From NCBI GenBank assembly GCA_903855705.1, contig CAINZT010000103.1:1105-65104 (forward strand): a DNA stretch of 64,000 nucleotides, written 5' to 3'. The notes under the pieces were generated by a model that did not search any database, had not been told where the DNA came from, and saw nothing but the letters and a program-made list of their open reading frames with translations. The stretch is from an uncultured Synechococcus sp. Its GTDB lineage: Bacteria > Cyanobacteriota > Cyanobacteriia > PCC-6307 > Cyanobiaceae. Below are positions 19,518-28,936 of this stretch, piece after piece; within the stretch, counting starts at the first letter, position 1, and each line of letters starts with the position of its first letter. The position numbers and the translations under genes are program-made.

Positions 19518-19760
19518 ATGAGCCATATCCCCGACCACGCACCCCGCAGTGTTTCCGTGGAGAACCAGTTCCCTGAGGACCTCTTCGACGCCATGCGGGA
19601 GTTCGTGCGGGTGCATCCCCAGTGGGACCAATACCGCCTGATGCAGGCAGCCCTGGCCGGCTTCCTCTTCCAGCAGGGTTGCCAAGATCGGTCCGTGGCA
19701 CGCCATTACCTTGACGGCCTATTCCAGCGGGACAGCAGCCCCCACCGAAGCGCTGGCTGA
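19518..19760 (+). CDS. DUF2811 family protein
   Basis: PEDLFDAMREFVRVHPQWDQYRLMQAALAGFLFQQG. Confidence 0.85.
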   Translation: MSHIPDHAPRSVSVENQFPEDLFDAMREFVRVHPQWDQYRLMQAALAGFLFQQGCQDRSVARHYLDGLFQRDSSPHRSAG

Positions 19761-19825
19761 GCGGTCCAGGGCTGCAGGCAAGGGGAACCCCGGCCTAGAA
19801 CACTCACTATCGACGGCAAAAGACC

Positions 19826-20557
19826 ATGCTCCTAGCGGTCAGTGGAGCCTCAGGCAAGACAGGCTGGCGGGTGGTGCAGGAGGCCCTCGCCCGGGGCCAT
19901 CGGGTAAGGGCCCTAGTGCGCCCAGGGTCCGATGTGCCAGCGGGACTGCAGGGCGCCGAGCTGGTGCGACTGGAGCTCAGCGATGGTCCAGCCCTGGCCA
20001 ACGCCCTGCAGGGCTGCGAGGCCTTGGTGATCGCCACCGGCGCCAGGCCGGGTATCGATCTGACGGCGCCCCTGCGGGTTGATGCCTGGGCCGTTGACAG
20101 CCAGATCCGGGCCTGCGAAGCCTTAGGAGTGAAGCGGGTGCTACTGGTCAGCTCCCTTTGCGCCGGACTGTTGTGGCACCCCCTAAACCTCTTCGGTCTG
20201 ATCCTGGTGGTGAAGCGGCTGGGCGAACAGGCCCTCGAACGCAGCAGTCTCGATTGGACAATCATCCGCCCGGGCGGACTGACGGAATCAGAAACGGGGC
20301 TTGAACAGCAGACCATCCACTATTCCAACACCGACCAACAACAGGACGGAAGCATTCCGCGCCGGCTGGTGGCCAGGGTGTGCCTTGATGCCCTAGAAAC
20401 GCCCCTGAGCCACAACCGCATCATTGAAATCACCAGCAGGCACCCGGCCGAAGCCGGCAGTGAATCAAGCAACAGGGAAACAAACAACGCTGTAAAGTTG
20501 GCAGCGCCGTCAGAGACAAGCGTCCGGAGTCTTTCCAACTGGCTTACTGAAAGTTAA
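19826..20557 (+). CDS. NAD(P)H-binding SDR-like (NmrA-like) oxidoreductase
   Basis: AVSGASGKTG, VSSLCAG..HPLNLFGLIL..K, WTIIRPGGL, IPRRLVA. Confidence 0.9.
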   Translation: MLLAVSGASGKTGWRVVQEALARGHRVRALVRPGSDVPAGLQGAELVRLELSDGPALANALQGCEALVIATGARPGIDLTAPLRVDAWAVDSQIRACEALGVKRVLLVSSLCAGLLWHPLNLFGLILVVKRLGEQALERSSLDWTIIRPGGLTESETGLEQQTIHYSNTDQQQDGSIPRRLVARVCLDALETPLSHNRIIEITSRHPAEAGSESSNRETNNAVKLAAPSETSVRSLSNWLTES

Positions 20558-20793
20558 CAGCACATGGGCAATTGGAGGTGATCCATGGCGGATTCAGACG
20601 CATCAGATCTGGCGCATAAGTTTCGTTGCCACTGGCATTCTCTGACCACTACTTGCCGCTGATGATGGTCAAGGTTGCACCGATCAAGCGCTGTGTCCAG
20701 GCTCAACCTTGGTCAACGCGAAAGGCGGCAAGGGATTAGGCAGGGTCCCGAAACTTGCGTTCAACCGGGATAAACTCCTCACCCGACCATCCC

Positions 20794-21282
20794 ATGGGCA
20801 CCTTGGCGAAGGCGCTGCTGATCGCCAATCTGGCCGCCAGCCCCAGCGCCTGGCCAGCGCCGCCCTGGGGCCCGGCCCCAGCCCCCATGCTGTACCTAAC
20901 GTCGATTGATAATGGCCGCAGCCTGGACATTGAACAGGGCAGCGAGATCCAGCTAAGATTGAGCGAAAATGCCTCCACCGGCTATCGCTGGAGCCTGGGC
21001 CCCCTAGACCCGGCCCTGATCGAACTGGTCACTGAGCGGACCCAAACCAACCCCAGCGACGCTGCTGGCTCCCAGGGTCAGCCCGTGCCCGCCGGCAACC
21101 CTCGCCAGGTGGCCTTTCGCTTCAAGGCGCTGCGCCCCGGGCGAACCGAGATCACCTTGCGGCACCTGCGCAGTTGGGAGGGGGATCGTTCCACCATCGA
21201 TCGCTTTCGGCTGAGCTTGCACATTGATGCCAAGTCGGCACATCAAGGTGGCCCCCACCCAGGCCTGCCGGTTCAACCGTAG
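20794..21282 (+). CDS. Protease inhibitor I42 (chagasin) family protein, signal-peptide-like N-terminus
   Basis: LRLSENASTGYRW matches the NPTTGY.W-like motif; FRFKALRPG.TEI.L...RSWE. Confidence 0.85.
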   Translation: MGTLAKALLIANLAASPSAWPAPPWGPAPAPMLYLTSIDNGRSLDIEQGSEIQLRLSENASTGYRWSLGPLDPALIELVTERTQTNPSDAAGSQGQPVPAGNPRQVAFRFKALRPGRTEITLRHLRSWEGDRSTIDRFRLSLHIDAKSAHQGGPHPGLPVQP

Positions 21283-21329
21283 GGCCCAACGAATCAATTT
21301 AGATCCCCAGCCCTAATTAACATCAGGGC

Positions 21330-21356
21330 ATAGCACTCTCGCCCAAAGAGTTGTAA
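21330..21356. promoter_or_regulatory. CIRCE-like (HrcA) operator
   Basis: ATAGCACTC-N9-GAGTTGTAA versus consensus TTAGCACTC-N9-GAGTGCTAA (3 mismatches, exact 9-nt spacer), upstream of hsp20. Confidence 0.55.
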
Positions 21357-21554
21357 CAAATTAATCATTTCTGACTTAATTCAGCCAAGCAATAGCAGCA
21401 GTGACAATGAAATCTATGCCGCAGATCTGAGGCTCGATCAAGGCCAGGAGTCCAATCGAGGGTGACTAGCCTGAAGTTGGTCAAGGCGGCGTTAGCGGAT
21501 CCATCGCCAAGGGAGCCATCGCCCCTCGGGCCCTACAGAGCAGGCTCGCCCGAT

Positions 21555-21586
21555 CCAACCAATCCATCCAATCCATCCAATCCAAT
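21555..21586 (+). repeat. 9-bp tandem repeat (AATCCATCC)
   Basis: CCAACCAATCCATCCAATCCATCCAATCCAAT lies just before the hsp20 RBS (GGAG at 21588). Confidence 0.7.
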
Positions 21587-21599
21587 TGGAGTTCTTGCC

Positions 21600-22055
21600 A
21601 TGGCCTTAATCAAGTGGGAGCCCTTCCGCGACATCGAGGATCTGGTTGGCCATTCCCTCGCCTGGCCCCTAGGACGGGCCCAGTCGATGCTGGGGCTGGG
21701 GCTGGGGGATTGGAATCCCCGCGTGGACATCAGCGAAAGCAACGGGAATTACATCATCAAGGCCGATATTCCGGGCGTTGCCAAGGAGAATCTCAAAGTG
21801 ACACTAGATAATGGCGTACTCACCCTTCATGGCGAACGCAAACAGGACAAGGAGGAAGACAACAAACGCGGCCATCGCATCGAACGCTTCTATGAGAGCT
21901 TCTCGCGCAGTTTCTCCCTGCCAGAGGATGCGGATGCCATGGGCCTTAAGGCCACGGCCTAGGAGCGCCAGTTAGTCGTGAGTGTGCCCCGTAAAAATGT
22001 GCCCCGTAAAACAGTTGCTCCCTCAGCTGAGGCCCTACAGGTGCCGATCGAATAA
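21600..22055 (+). pseudogene. Small heat-shock protein (Hsp20/alpha-crystallin) interrupted by an in-frame TAG at 21960-21962
   Basis: PRVDISE...KADIPGV.KE.LKV.LDNGVLTLHGER...ERFY.SF.RSFSLP. After the TAG the same frame continues ERQLVVSVPRK...QVPIE* (beta-9 strand and IxI-like motif). Confidence 0.8.
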
Positions 22056-22127
22056 GGCCCTCGACCAGGATGCTCGAAGGCCTTAAATTAGGGCCAAAAT
22101 CTGTCACCCCGTTGATCCCAACACCGC

Positions 22128-23786
22128 TTGCTGCCCATGGCCCCTGATTCCTTGGCGCTTAAACAGAGCATGGCTGCGGCGGAGGCCGATCCCCAGGTGG
22201 ATACGGGCCCAGCGGCCGTTGCCCTGATGCAGCAATGGCTGGCCCGCCACGAAGGTGAGATCATCAAACGCCGGCTGGAGTCACCAAGGGAGTTCAACGG
22301 CACGATGATTCAGTGGTTTCATTGGTATGGCGAGGCTGATGGCGGCCACTGGCGGCGCCTTAGCCAGGAGGCGACGAACCTGGCGGCAGCAGGCTTTACG
22401 GGGATCTGGTTGCCACCGGCTTTCAAGGGCACAGGTCCAGTCGATGTGGGCTACGGGGTCTACGACCTCTATGACCTGGGCGAATTTGACCAGAAGGGCA
22501 CGATTCGCACCCGTTATGGAACCAAGCAGGAGTATTTGGCAGCGGTGCAGGCCTGCCGGCAAGCGGGCCTGCAGGTGTATGCCGATGTGGTCTTCAACCA
22601 CAAGATGGGGGCCGATTCCCCTGAAGACTTTGGCGCCACCCCCTTTGATCCAGCCAACCGCAACCAGCGGCTCGGCGACGAGCGTGGGATCCGGGCCTGG
22701 ACGAACTTCCGCTTTGAGGGGCGCCAGGGGTGCTATTCCAACCTGATCTGGCATTGGTATCACTTTGATGCCGTTGATCACAACCTGCTGGATCAGGGCA
22801 TGCAGGCCATCTGGAAGGTACATGGTGCCGATTTCGAGCACAACGTAGATCTAGAGAAGGGAAATTACGATTATTTAATGGGCTGCGATCTTAATATGAA
22901 TCACCCAGAAGTGCGCACCGAACTCAAGGCTTGGGGCGAATGGACGCTCAATACGGTGGGCGTGGATGGCTTTCGCCTCGATGCGATCAAGCACATCGCC
23001 AGTGATTTCCTCATCGACTGGATTGGCCATGTGGAACAGTATGCCCAAAGAGATCTGTTTGTGGTGGGTGAATACTGGAGCAATAAACTGGAAAGCCTGA
23101 GCTGGTATGCGGCTAACAGTGGCGGCCGCATGAGCCTATTTGATGCACCTATCCACTACAACTTTCATGCCGCCAGCACGAGTGGCGGCCAGTTCAACAT
23201 GCAACGACTGCTTGACGGCAGCCTGATGCAAACGATGCCGCTGCTGGCCGTCACCTTGGTCGACAACCATGACACCCAGCCCCTGCAGGCGTTGGAATCC
23301 ACGGTGGAGCCCTGGTTCAAGCCCCTGGCCTATGCGGTGATCCTGCTGCGCGACCAGGGCTATCCCTGTGTGTTTCACGCCGATTACTACGGGGCCCACT
23401 ATGACGATCAGCGCAATGGCCAGGAGATCTCCATCAGCATGGCGAGCCATCGCTTCCTGATTGATCGTTTCCTGCTGGCCCGTTCTAGTTGCGCCTATGG
23501 TGCCCAATACGATTACTTTGACCATTTCAATTGCATTGGTTGGACTCGCCTAGGAACGGCTAGCCATCCAAGGGCGATGGCGGTGTTGATGAGTGATGGC
23601 GATGCCGGCTGGAAATGGATGGAGGTGGGCAAAGCCCATACGGTGTTCCGGGATCTGAGCGGCCATATCCGCGATGCCATCACCACGAATGCCGATGGCT
23701 GGGCCAATTGGCGCTGCTTGGGTGGCTCGGTGTCGGTGTGGGTGGAGCAGGAGCTGATCACGGAGCTGGGTGTGGTGCTGGATTGA
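22128..23786 (+). CDS. Alpha-amylase (GH13, AmyA-like)
   Basis: NGTMIQWFHWY, VGYGVYDLYDLGEFDQKG, DVVFNH, DGFRLDAIKH, VGEYW, VDNHDTQP. Start uncertain. Confidence 0.95.
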   Translation: MLPMAPDSLALKQSMAAAEADPQVDTGPAAVALMQQWLARHEGEIIKRRLESPREFNGTMIQWFHWYGEADGGHWRRLSQEATNLAAAGFTGIWLPPAFKGTGPVDVGYGVYDLYDLGEFDQKGTIRTRYGTKQEYLAAVQACRQAGLQVYADVVFNHKMGADSPEDFGATPFDPANRNQRLGDERGIRAWTNFRFEGRQGCYSNLIWHWYHFDAVDHNLLDQGMQAIWKVHGADFEHNVDLEKGNYDYLMGCDLNMNHPEVRTELKAWGEWTLNTVGVDGFRLDAIKHIASDFLIDWIGHVEQYAQRDLFVVGEYWSNKLESLSWYAANSGGRMSLFDAPIHYNFHAASTSGGQFNMQRLLDGSLMQTMPLLAVTLVDNHDTQPLQALESTVEPWFKPLAYAVILLRDQGYPCVFHADYYGAHYDDQRNGQEISISMASHRFLIDRFLLARSSCAYGAQYDYFDHFNCIGWTRLGTASHPRAMAVLMSDGDAGWKWMEVGKAHTVFRDLSGHIRDAITTNADGWANWRCLGGSVSVWVEQELITELGVVLD

Positions 23787-23866
23787 GGCTCCGCAACGGT
23801 GGGGCTGCCTAGCCGGGTCTGCGACCAGCCAGCATCGGGCCAAGCGACTAGGACAAAACCCTGCCG

Positions 23867-24850
23867 ATGCCAATCGTTTGCGCCGAACGCCTCAGCAAGA
23901 CCTACCGGGTGGCCCAAAAGCAGCCGGGTTTGGGCGGCACCCTGCGCCATTTCTTCTGGCGCCGCAGCCGCGCCGTGGAGGCTGTGCGCGAGCTCAGCTT
24001 CTCGATCGAGCCCGGCGAAATGGTGGGCTTCCTCGGCGCCAATGGGGCGGGAAAGACCACCACACTGAAAATGCTCAGTGGCCTGGTCCATCCCAGTGGC
24101 GGCAGCCTGCAGGTGGCAGGCCACCGGCCCCAGCGCCGCCAGGCCCCTTTTCTGCAAAAAATCACGCTTGTGATGGGGCAAAAGCAGCAGCTGATCTGGG
24201 ACCTGCCACCGCTCGATTCCTTTCGGGTCAATGCCGCGGTCTATGGCCTCGATGACAGCGAAGCCAAGCGGCGCATCAACGAATTGGCCGAGATGTTGGA
24301 GCTGGGCGAGGAACTCACCCGGCCAGTGCGCAAGTTATCCCTGGGGGAGCGCATGAAGGCCGAACTGCTGGCGGCCCTGTTGCACCGCCCCTCGCTGCTG
24401 TTTCTCGATGAACCCACCCTGGGCCTCGATGTCAACGCCCAGGCGCGGGTGCGCACGTTCCTAGCCGATTACAACCGTCGCTACGGCGCCACCGTGCTGC
24501 TCACTAGCCACTACATGGCCGACATCACCGCCCTCTGCCCCAGGGTGCTGCTGATCCACCAAGGCAGCCTTTTCTATGACGGCAGCCTGGAGGCCCTGAC
24601 CCAGCGGCTCTCCCCCTGCCGAATGGTGCGCCTGGAGTTGAAAACGCCCCTGCCAGCCCCAGCCTTGGCCGCCTATGGCCAGGTGGAGGCCATCAATGGC
24701 CGCGAAGTGCGGCTGCTGATCGAACGGAACCAACTCACTGGCACCGTGGCGCGGCTGCTGGGGGACCTAGAGGTGCTGGATCTGGAGGTGGCGGATCCAC
24801 CGATTGAGGATCTGATCGGCCAACTCTTCCAGAAAGGGGTGGTGTCTTGA
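23867..24850 (+). CDS. ABC transporter ATP-binding protein
   Basis: GANGAGKTT, LSLGERMK, LFLDEPT, TSHYM. Confidence 0.95.
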   Translation: MPIVCAERLSKTYRVAQKQPGLGGTLRHFFWRRSRAVEAVRELSFSIEPGEMVGFLGANGAGKTTTLKMLSGLVHPSGGSLQVAGHRPQRRQAPFLQKITLVMGQKQQLIWDLPPLDSFRVNAAVYGLDDSEAKRRINELAEMLELGEELTRPVRKLSLGERMKAELLAALLHRPSLLFLDEPTLGLDVNAQARVRTFLADYNRRYGATVLLTSHYMADITALCPRVLLIHQGSLFYDGSLEALTQRLSPCRMVRLELKTPLPAPALAAYGQVEAINGREVRLLIERNQLTGTVARLLGDLEVLDLEVADPPIEDLIGQLFQKGVVS

Positions 24851-25653
24851 AAGGGATTCAAGCGATTCGCATTGCCCGGGTCTTGCTCTCCAGCCAATAC
24901 GCCTACATGCTCGAATACCGGGCAGAAATTGCCCTCTGGGCCCTCTCTGGGGTGGTGCCCTTCATCATGCTGGCCCTCTGGAGCCAGGTGGATGCGAGCG
25001 GCGGCAGCCCTGGAACCCTGGGCCTAAGTCGGCTGCAGCTGGGTCGCTATTTCCTTTCGGCCTTCATCGTGCGCCAGTTCACGATCGCCTGGGTGGTGTG
25101 GGCCTTCGAAGAAGACGCCCTGCAGGGGCGCCTCTCCCATGCCCTACTACAACCCCTGCATCCACTCTGGCGCTACCTCAGCGCCCACCTGGCCGAACAA
25201 GCGACCAGGCTGCCCTTTGTGGCCGTGCTGGTGGGGCTGTTTTTTCTGCTGCAACCAGACACCGTATGGCTGCCGTCTTTGGCTCAGGCCCTGACGGCGC
25301 TGCTGGCGATCTGGATGGCCTTTGCGATCAACTTCCTCCTGCAGAGCGCCATCGCCATTCTCTGCTTCTGGAGTGAACGGGCCAGTGCCCTGGAGCGGCT
25401 GCTCTACATCCCCTATCTCTTCCTCTCGGGGCTGATGGCGCCCTTAGAGGTGTTTCCGCCAGCCGTGCGCGCCTTCGCCCTCTGGACCCCCTTCCCCTAC
25501 ATGATTGCCTTTCCAGCCCAGCTGCTCTCGGGTAACCCCCTGACCTTCAGTGGAGCCTTTGCGGCCATGGCGGGCTGGATCGCCCTGTTGCTGCCCCTGG
25601 TTGGGTTGCTCTGGAGGGCAGGGGTGCGCCGCTACTCCGCCATGGGGGCCTGA
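24847..25653 (+). CDS. ABC-2 family transporter permease (DUF990-like)
   Basis: LEYRAE, G.LS..LL.P, LSG..APL..FP; overlaps the ATPase stop. Confidence 0.9.
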   Translation: MKGIQAIRIARVLLSSQYAYMLEYRAEIALWALSGVVPFIMLALWSQVDASGGSPGTLGLSRLQLGRYFLSAFIVRQFTIAWVVWAFEEDALQGRLSHALLQPLHPLWRYLSAHLAEQATRLPFVAVLVGLFFLLQPDTVWLPSLAQALTALLAIWMAFAINFLLQSAIAILCFWSERASALERLLYIPYLFLSGLMAPLEVFPPAVRAFALWTPFPYMIAFPAQLLSGNPLTFSGAFAAMAGWIALLLPLVGLLWRAGVRRYSAMGA

Positions 25654-25656
25654 TCG

Positions 25657-26445
25657 ATGGGGCGATACCTGCTCACCCTGCGGCGCTTCTGGGCCACGGC
25701 CCTAGCCGGCCAACTCGAATACCAACTCAATCTGCTGATCGACCTGCTCGCCATGGCCGGCAACCTGGCCGGCAGCCTATTTGTAATCAGCCTTTTTTAC
25801 GGACCCGGCCGCAACCTGGGGGGCTGGAGCTGGGAAGCGGCCCTGGTGGTGCTGGGGGTTTACACGGTGCTGGATGGCGCCTGCAGTTCGCTGCTTCGGC
25901 CCAACCTGGGCACGATCGTCACCCACGTGCAGCAGGGCACCCTGGATTTCATCCTGCTCAAACCGATCGATAGTCAGTTTTGGCTGTCCTTTCGGACCTT
26001 TTCGCCCGCAGGCCTGCCGGAGATTGTCACGGGCCTGGGCCTGACCATCTGGGCCGCTGCCAAGGCCGGCGCAACCCCCAACCCGACGGGTGTTCTAACT
26101 GCGGCGTTGATGCTGGCCTCAAGCCTGGTGATTCTCTACAGCCTCTGGTTTGGCCTGGCTACGACCTCGATCTGGTTCGTCAAAACCTGGAACGCCACCG
26201 AGGTGTTGCGCGCGGCCCTAACGGCAGGGCGGTATCCGATCAGCGCCTATCCCCTACAGCTGCGCAGCCTGCTCACGGTGGTGCTGCCGGTGGCCTTCCT
26301 CACCACGGTTCCGGCCGAGGCCATCCTGGGGGGAATCAGTGTCAACGCCGGTGCGGCCTCCCTGCTGATGGCCACGGTCTGTCTACTGCTGTGCCGGGGG
26401 TTCTGGGGCTATGCCTTGCGCTTTTACACCTCGGCGTCGAGTTAA
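25657..26445 (+). CDS. ABC-2 family transporter permease (DUF990-like)
   Basis: GTLDFILLKPIDSQF, GRYPISAYP, PVAFLTTVPA, YTSASS. Confidence 0.9.
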   Translation: MGRYLLTLRRFWATALAGQLEYQLNLLIDLLAMAGNLAGSLFVISLFYGPGRNLGGWSWEAALVVLGVYTVLDGACSSLLRPNLGTIVTHVQQGTLDFILLKPIDSQFWLSFRTFSPAGLPEIVTGLGLTIWAAAKAGATPNPTGVLTAALMLASSLVILYSLWFGLATTSIWFVKTWNATEVLRAALTAGRYPISAYPLQLRSLLTVVLPVAFLTTVPAEAILGGISVNAGAASLLMATVCLLLCRGFWGYALRFYTSASS

Positions 26446-26580
26446 ACGGGCTAAAGGGTGAACAGGGACGCTGCTCCCTGTCGGCAAGATCACCGGCCCC
26501 GTTGCCCGTGATGCGAGAAGCTGGAATCACGACAAGTGCTATCCATGCCCCAGACCCTGCGGGACCGCCGCTCACCGCTA

Positions 26581-26976
26581 ATGAGTCTGCGCCCGGCCAC
26601 CAACGATCAAACTGATGCGGCCAACACGGATCCGAACTCCAAGGCCGGGGCGTCCAGTCGGAGCAATGGCTTTGGAGGGGGCTCCAAGAAAGGCTCGGCG
26701 AAAGCCGGCAAGCCGGGTGCCAAAGGCCGCAAGAAAAAGGGTACCGGCCTGAGCGCTGCCGATCGGGGCCCCCTGGGCAAGGATCCAGACCTTGAAGCGA
26801 TTGTGGCCAGGCAACGGTTGCACCTCCCCCTCTCCGGTCGGCTGGGAGAAGCCGAAGTGACCCGGGCCTGGAAGCTGGCAGCCGGCGAGCACCATCCAGA
26901 CCGGGGCGGCCTGCACGACACCATGCAACTCATTAATGGCGCCCGGGACCTCCTACTGGGCAGGGGCCTGGTTTGA
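26581..26976 (+). CDS. Small J-domain protein
   Basis: C-terminal AWKLAAGEHHPDRGG...MQLINGARDLL (HPD motif); Lys/Gly-rich N-terminus. Confidence 0.8.
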   Translation: MSLRPATNDQTDAANTDPNSKAGASSRSNGFGGGSKKGSAKAGKPGAKGRKKKGTGLSAADRGPLGKDPDLEAIVARQRLHLPLSGRLGEAEVTRAWKLAAGEHHPDRGGLHDTMQLINGARDLLLGRGLV

Positions 26977-27582
26977 ATGGCCGCCTAACTGGGGATTGAA
27001 CCAAAGAAAGGGCTTAACCGCCTAATTTAACGACAACTTCAACCGCAGTTTTAGCCCCAATGCCAACGCAAGTGGCCTGGCCAGTAATGGGTTACTACAT
27101 AACGGCCGCATCCATGGCCCTAGCCGATTAGTTTCGTGTCCTTGACAACTGATCCTTATGAGAGAACGAAAATGAGAGACCTATTTCATGCCGCCCTTGA
27201 ACAGATACCAGCATCTACTTTAATTTCAAAGTCGACCACCAGTCCCCTAGCATTATCCGAATACTGAATCCGAATACTGAATAGGTATCTCTAGCAATTG
27301 CCATGCAGTCTCCCTCGCCCAACCCCAGCCGAGCAAGGGAAACACTTCTGATTGGCCCGCTCGCTTGAACGTCCACCAAGGTCGGCATGGACTAATTCCC
27401 ATTCCCAATGGGATTGCGACCCTGACACCCCTGAGCCTGTGGCCAAGCCCCCCTATCCACCGCCACCGGCCCGACCCGATTTTCCGCCGCCCGCCCGGCC
27501 GCCCCGGCCAGGCGAGTTGAAGGGCCGATGGGCCTGACGACGGCTGGGCGCCGGCCCCTCGGCAATCCATTGCCCAGGCTCG

Positions 27583-28212
27583 CTACCCACTAGTGCGGCG
27601 ACGGCCGCGGGTGGCTGGGGCCAGCAGCGCCGCCAGTCGCACCGATTCGGCCCCATCAGCCAGGCGCCATTGGCCGGGGGCCAACCCGACGAGGCCCAGG
27701 GGATCGCCGCCATCCATCAGATCAATCGCAACTCGAATCAGCCGCAGGGTGGGCAGACCAACGGCCGCCGTCATGCGCCGCACCTGGCGGTTGCGCCCCT
27801 CGCGCAGCTCCAGCTCCAGCCAGGCGGTCGGCACCTGCAACCGGTGACGAATCGGCGGCTGGCGTTCCGCGATCGCCGCCGCCTCGAGTTCCGCCGGTTC
27901 AAGCGTGCGGGCCCGGGCCTGCAGGGTTGGCCGACCTTGGATCAAGAGCCCCTGACGCAGGGCCGCCAGCGCTTCCTGGGTGGGCATCCCCTCCACCTGG
28001 ACCCAGTAACGGCGCCAATGGCCCCAGGCCGGATCGGTGAGCCGGTGTTGCAGCCGGCCGTTGTCCGTTAACAGCAACAGGCCCTCGCTATCGGCATCGA
28101 GGCGGCCGGCTGCATAAATCCCAGGAACCTGGATGTGGTCGGCCAGGCAGCCCCAGCGACTCCCCGCCTCGGGGGTGAACTGGCTGAGCAGCCCGTAGGG
28201 CTTGTGGAACAA
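27583..28212 (-). CDS. Pseudouridine synthase (RsuA/RluE family)
   Basis: FHKPYG.LSQF, AAGRLDADSEGLLLLT, Y.VQVEG, EGRNRQVRRMTAAVG.PTLRL. Confidence 0.93.
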   Translation of the reverse strand: MFHKPYGLLSQFTPEAGSRWGCLADHIQVPGIYAAGRLDADSEGLLLLTDNGRLQHRLTDPAWGHWRRYWVQVEGMPTQEALAALRQGLLIQGRPTLQARARTLEPAELEAAAIAERQPPIRHRLQVPTAWLELELREGRNRQVRRMTAAVGLPTLRLIRVAIDLMDGGDPLGLVGLAPGQWRLADGAESVRLAALLAPATRGRRRTSG

Positions 28213-28245
28213 CAGGGTGGTCAGGGGCTCCAGGGGGGCTGGGGT

Positions 28246-28314
28246 TCAGGAAGCCTGGCGGGCCTTCCAAAGGTTGACGGCACCGATGCAGATCAATAAC
28301 AGGCCCAGGTCCAT
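28246..28314 (-). CDS. Candidate 22-aa single-TM microprotein (MDLGLLLICIGAVNLWKARQAS)
   Basis: ATG at 28314 to TGA at 28246; hydrophobic core with a basic tail; below the ORF-track size cut-off. Confidence 0.45.
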   Translation of the reverse strand: MDLGLLLICIGAVNLWKARQAS

Positions 28315-28481
28315 CGACAGCGGAGGCAGGATCATCAAAGGAAGGGCCAGGCCGGCGCTAGGGATAGTGGCGTGACCCTAGGCGCCAGTCCCAAGCTGCG
28401 GGGATGGGTTTCTCCCACCTGTCCGGGAATGGCGCCGCCTAAGGTGGATGGTGCAGTTCGAAATGGTCCTAGCGGCAGCGC

Positions 28482-28751
28482 ATGATCGAGACATCCGGCG
28501 TGATCGAGAAGGAGCAGGGCAACGGGTTTTACCTGGTGACGCTCGAGCAGCCGGCCGGTCACCAGTGCCTCTGCCGGGCGGCGGGCAAACTGACGAAATT
28601 CCGCATCAAGCTGCTGGCGGGCGACAAGGTGTTGGTGGAAATCAGCCCCTACGACCTGACCCGCGGCCGCATTACCTATCGGGAGCGCAATGCAGGCGCC
28701 ACCGGTCCCCGTCCCGGCGGCAACAGGCCCGGCGGTCCCCGCCGCCGTTGA
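28482..28751 (+). CDS. infA: Translation initiation factor IF-1
   Basis: MIETSGVIEKEQGNGFYLVTL...IKLLAGDKVLVEISPYDLTRGRITYR. Confidence 0.96.
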   Translation: MIETSGVIEKEQGNGFYLVTLEQPAGHQCLCRAAGKLTKFRIKLLAGDKVLVEISPYDLTRGRITYRERNAGATGPRPGGNRPGGPRRR

Positions 28752-28936
28752 GCTGGCGGCCCTAGCAAGCAGGCTGGTCCTGGAAGTGCTGGCTTGGATA
28801 CTGGGACGAATGCCCTCAGGGCTATAAAAACCAGCGCCCTAGGCCGAATCAGCCCAGGGTTAGGTCGTGGAGCGCTTAAGCCCCAGGCCTAGGCCCCCAC
28901 CCCAAGGCCGGGGTAGGGGCACCAGCGGCTCCAGCC

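Noticed and set aside
27013..27057. Pho-box-like YTTAAYY repeats
   Set aside because: Spacing is 12-13 bp rather than 11, the matches are degenerate, and no phosphate gene follows.
27083..27098. NtcA- or LexA-like palindrome AGTAATGGGTTACT
   Set aside because: GTA-TAC spacing is not N8, and both LexA half-sites mismatch.
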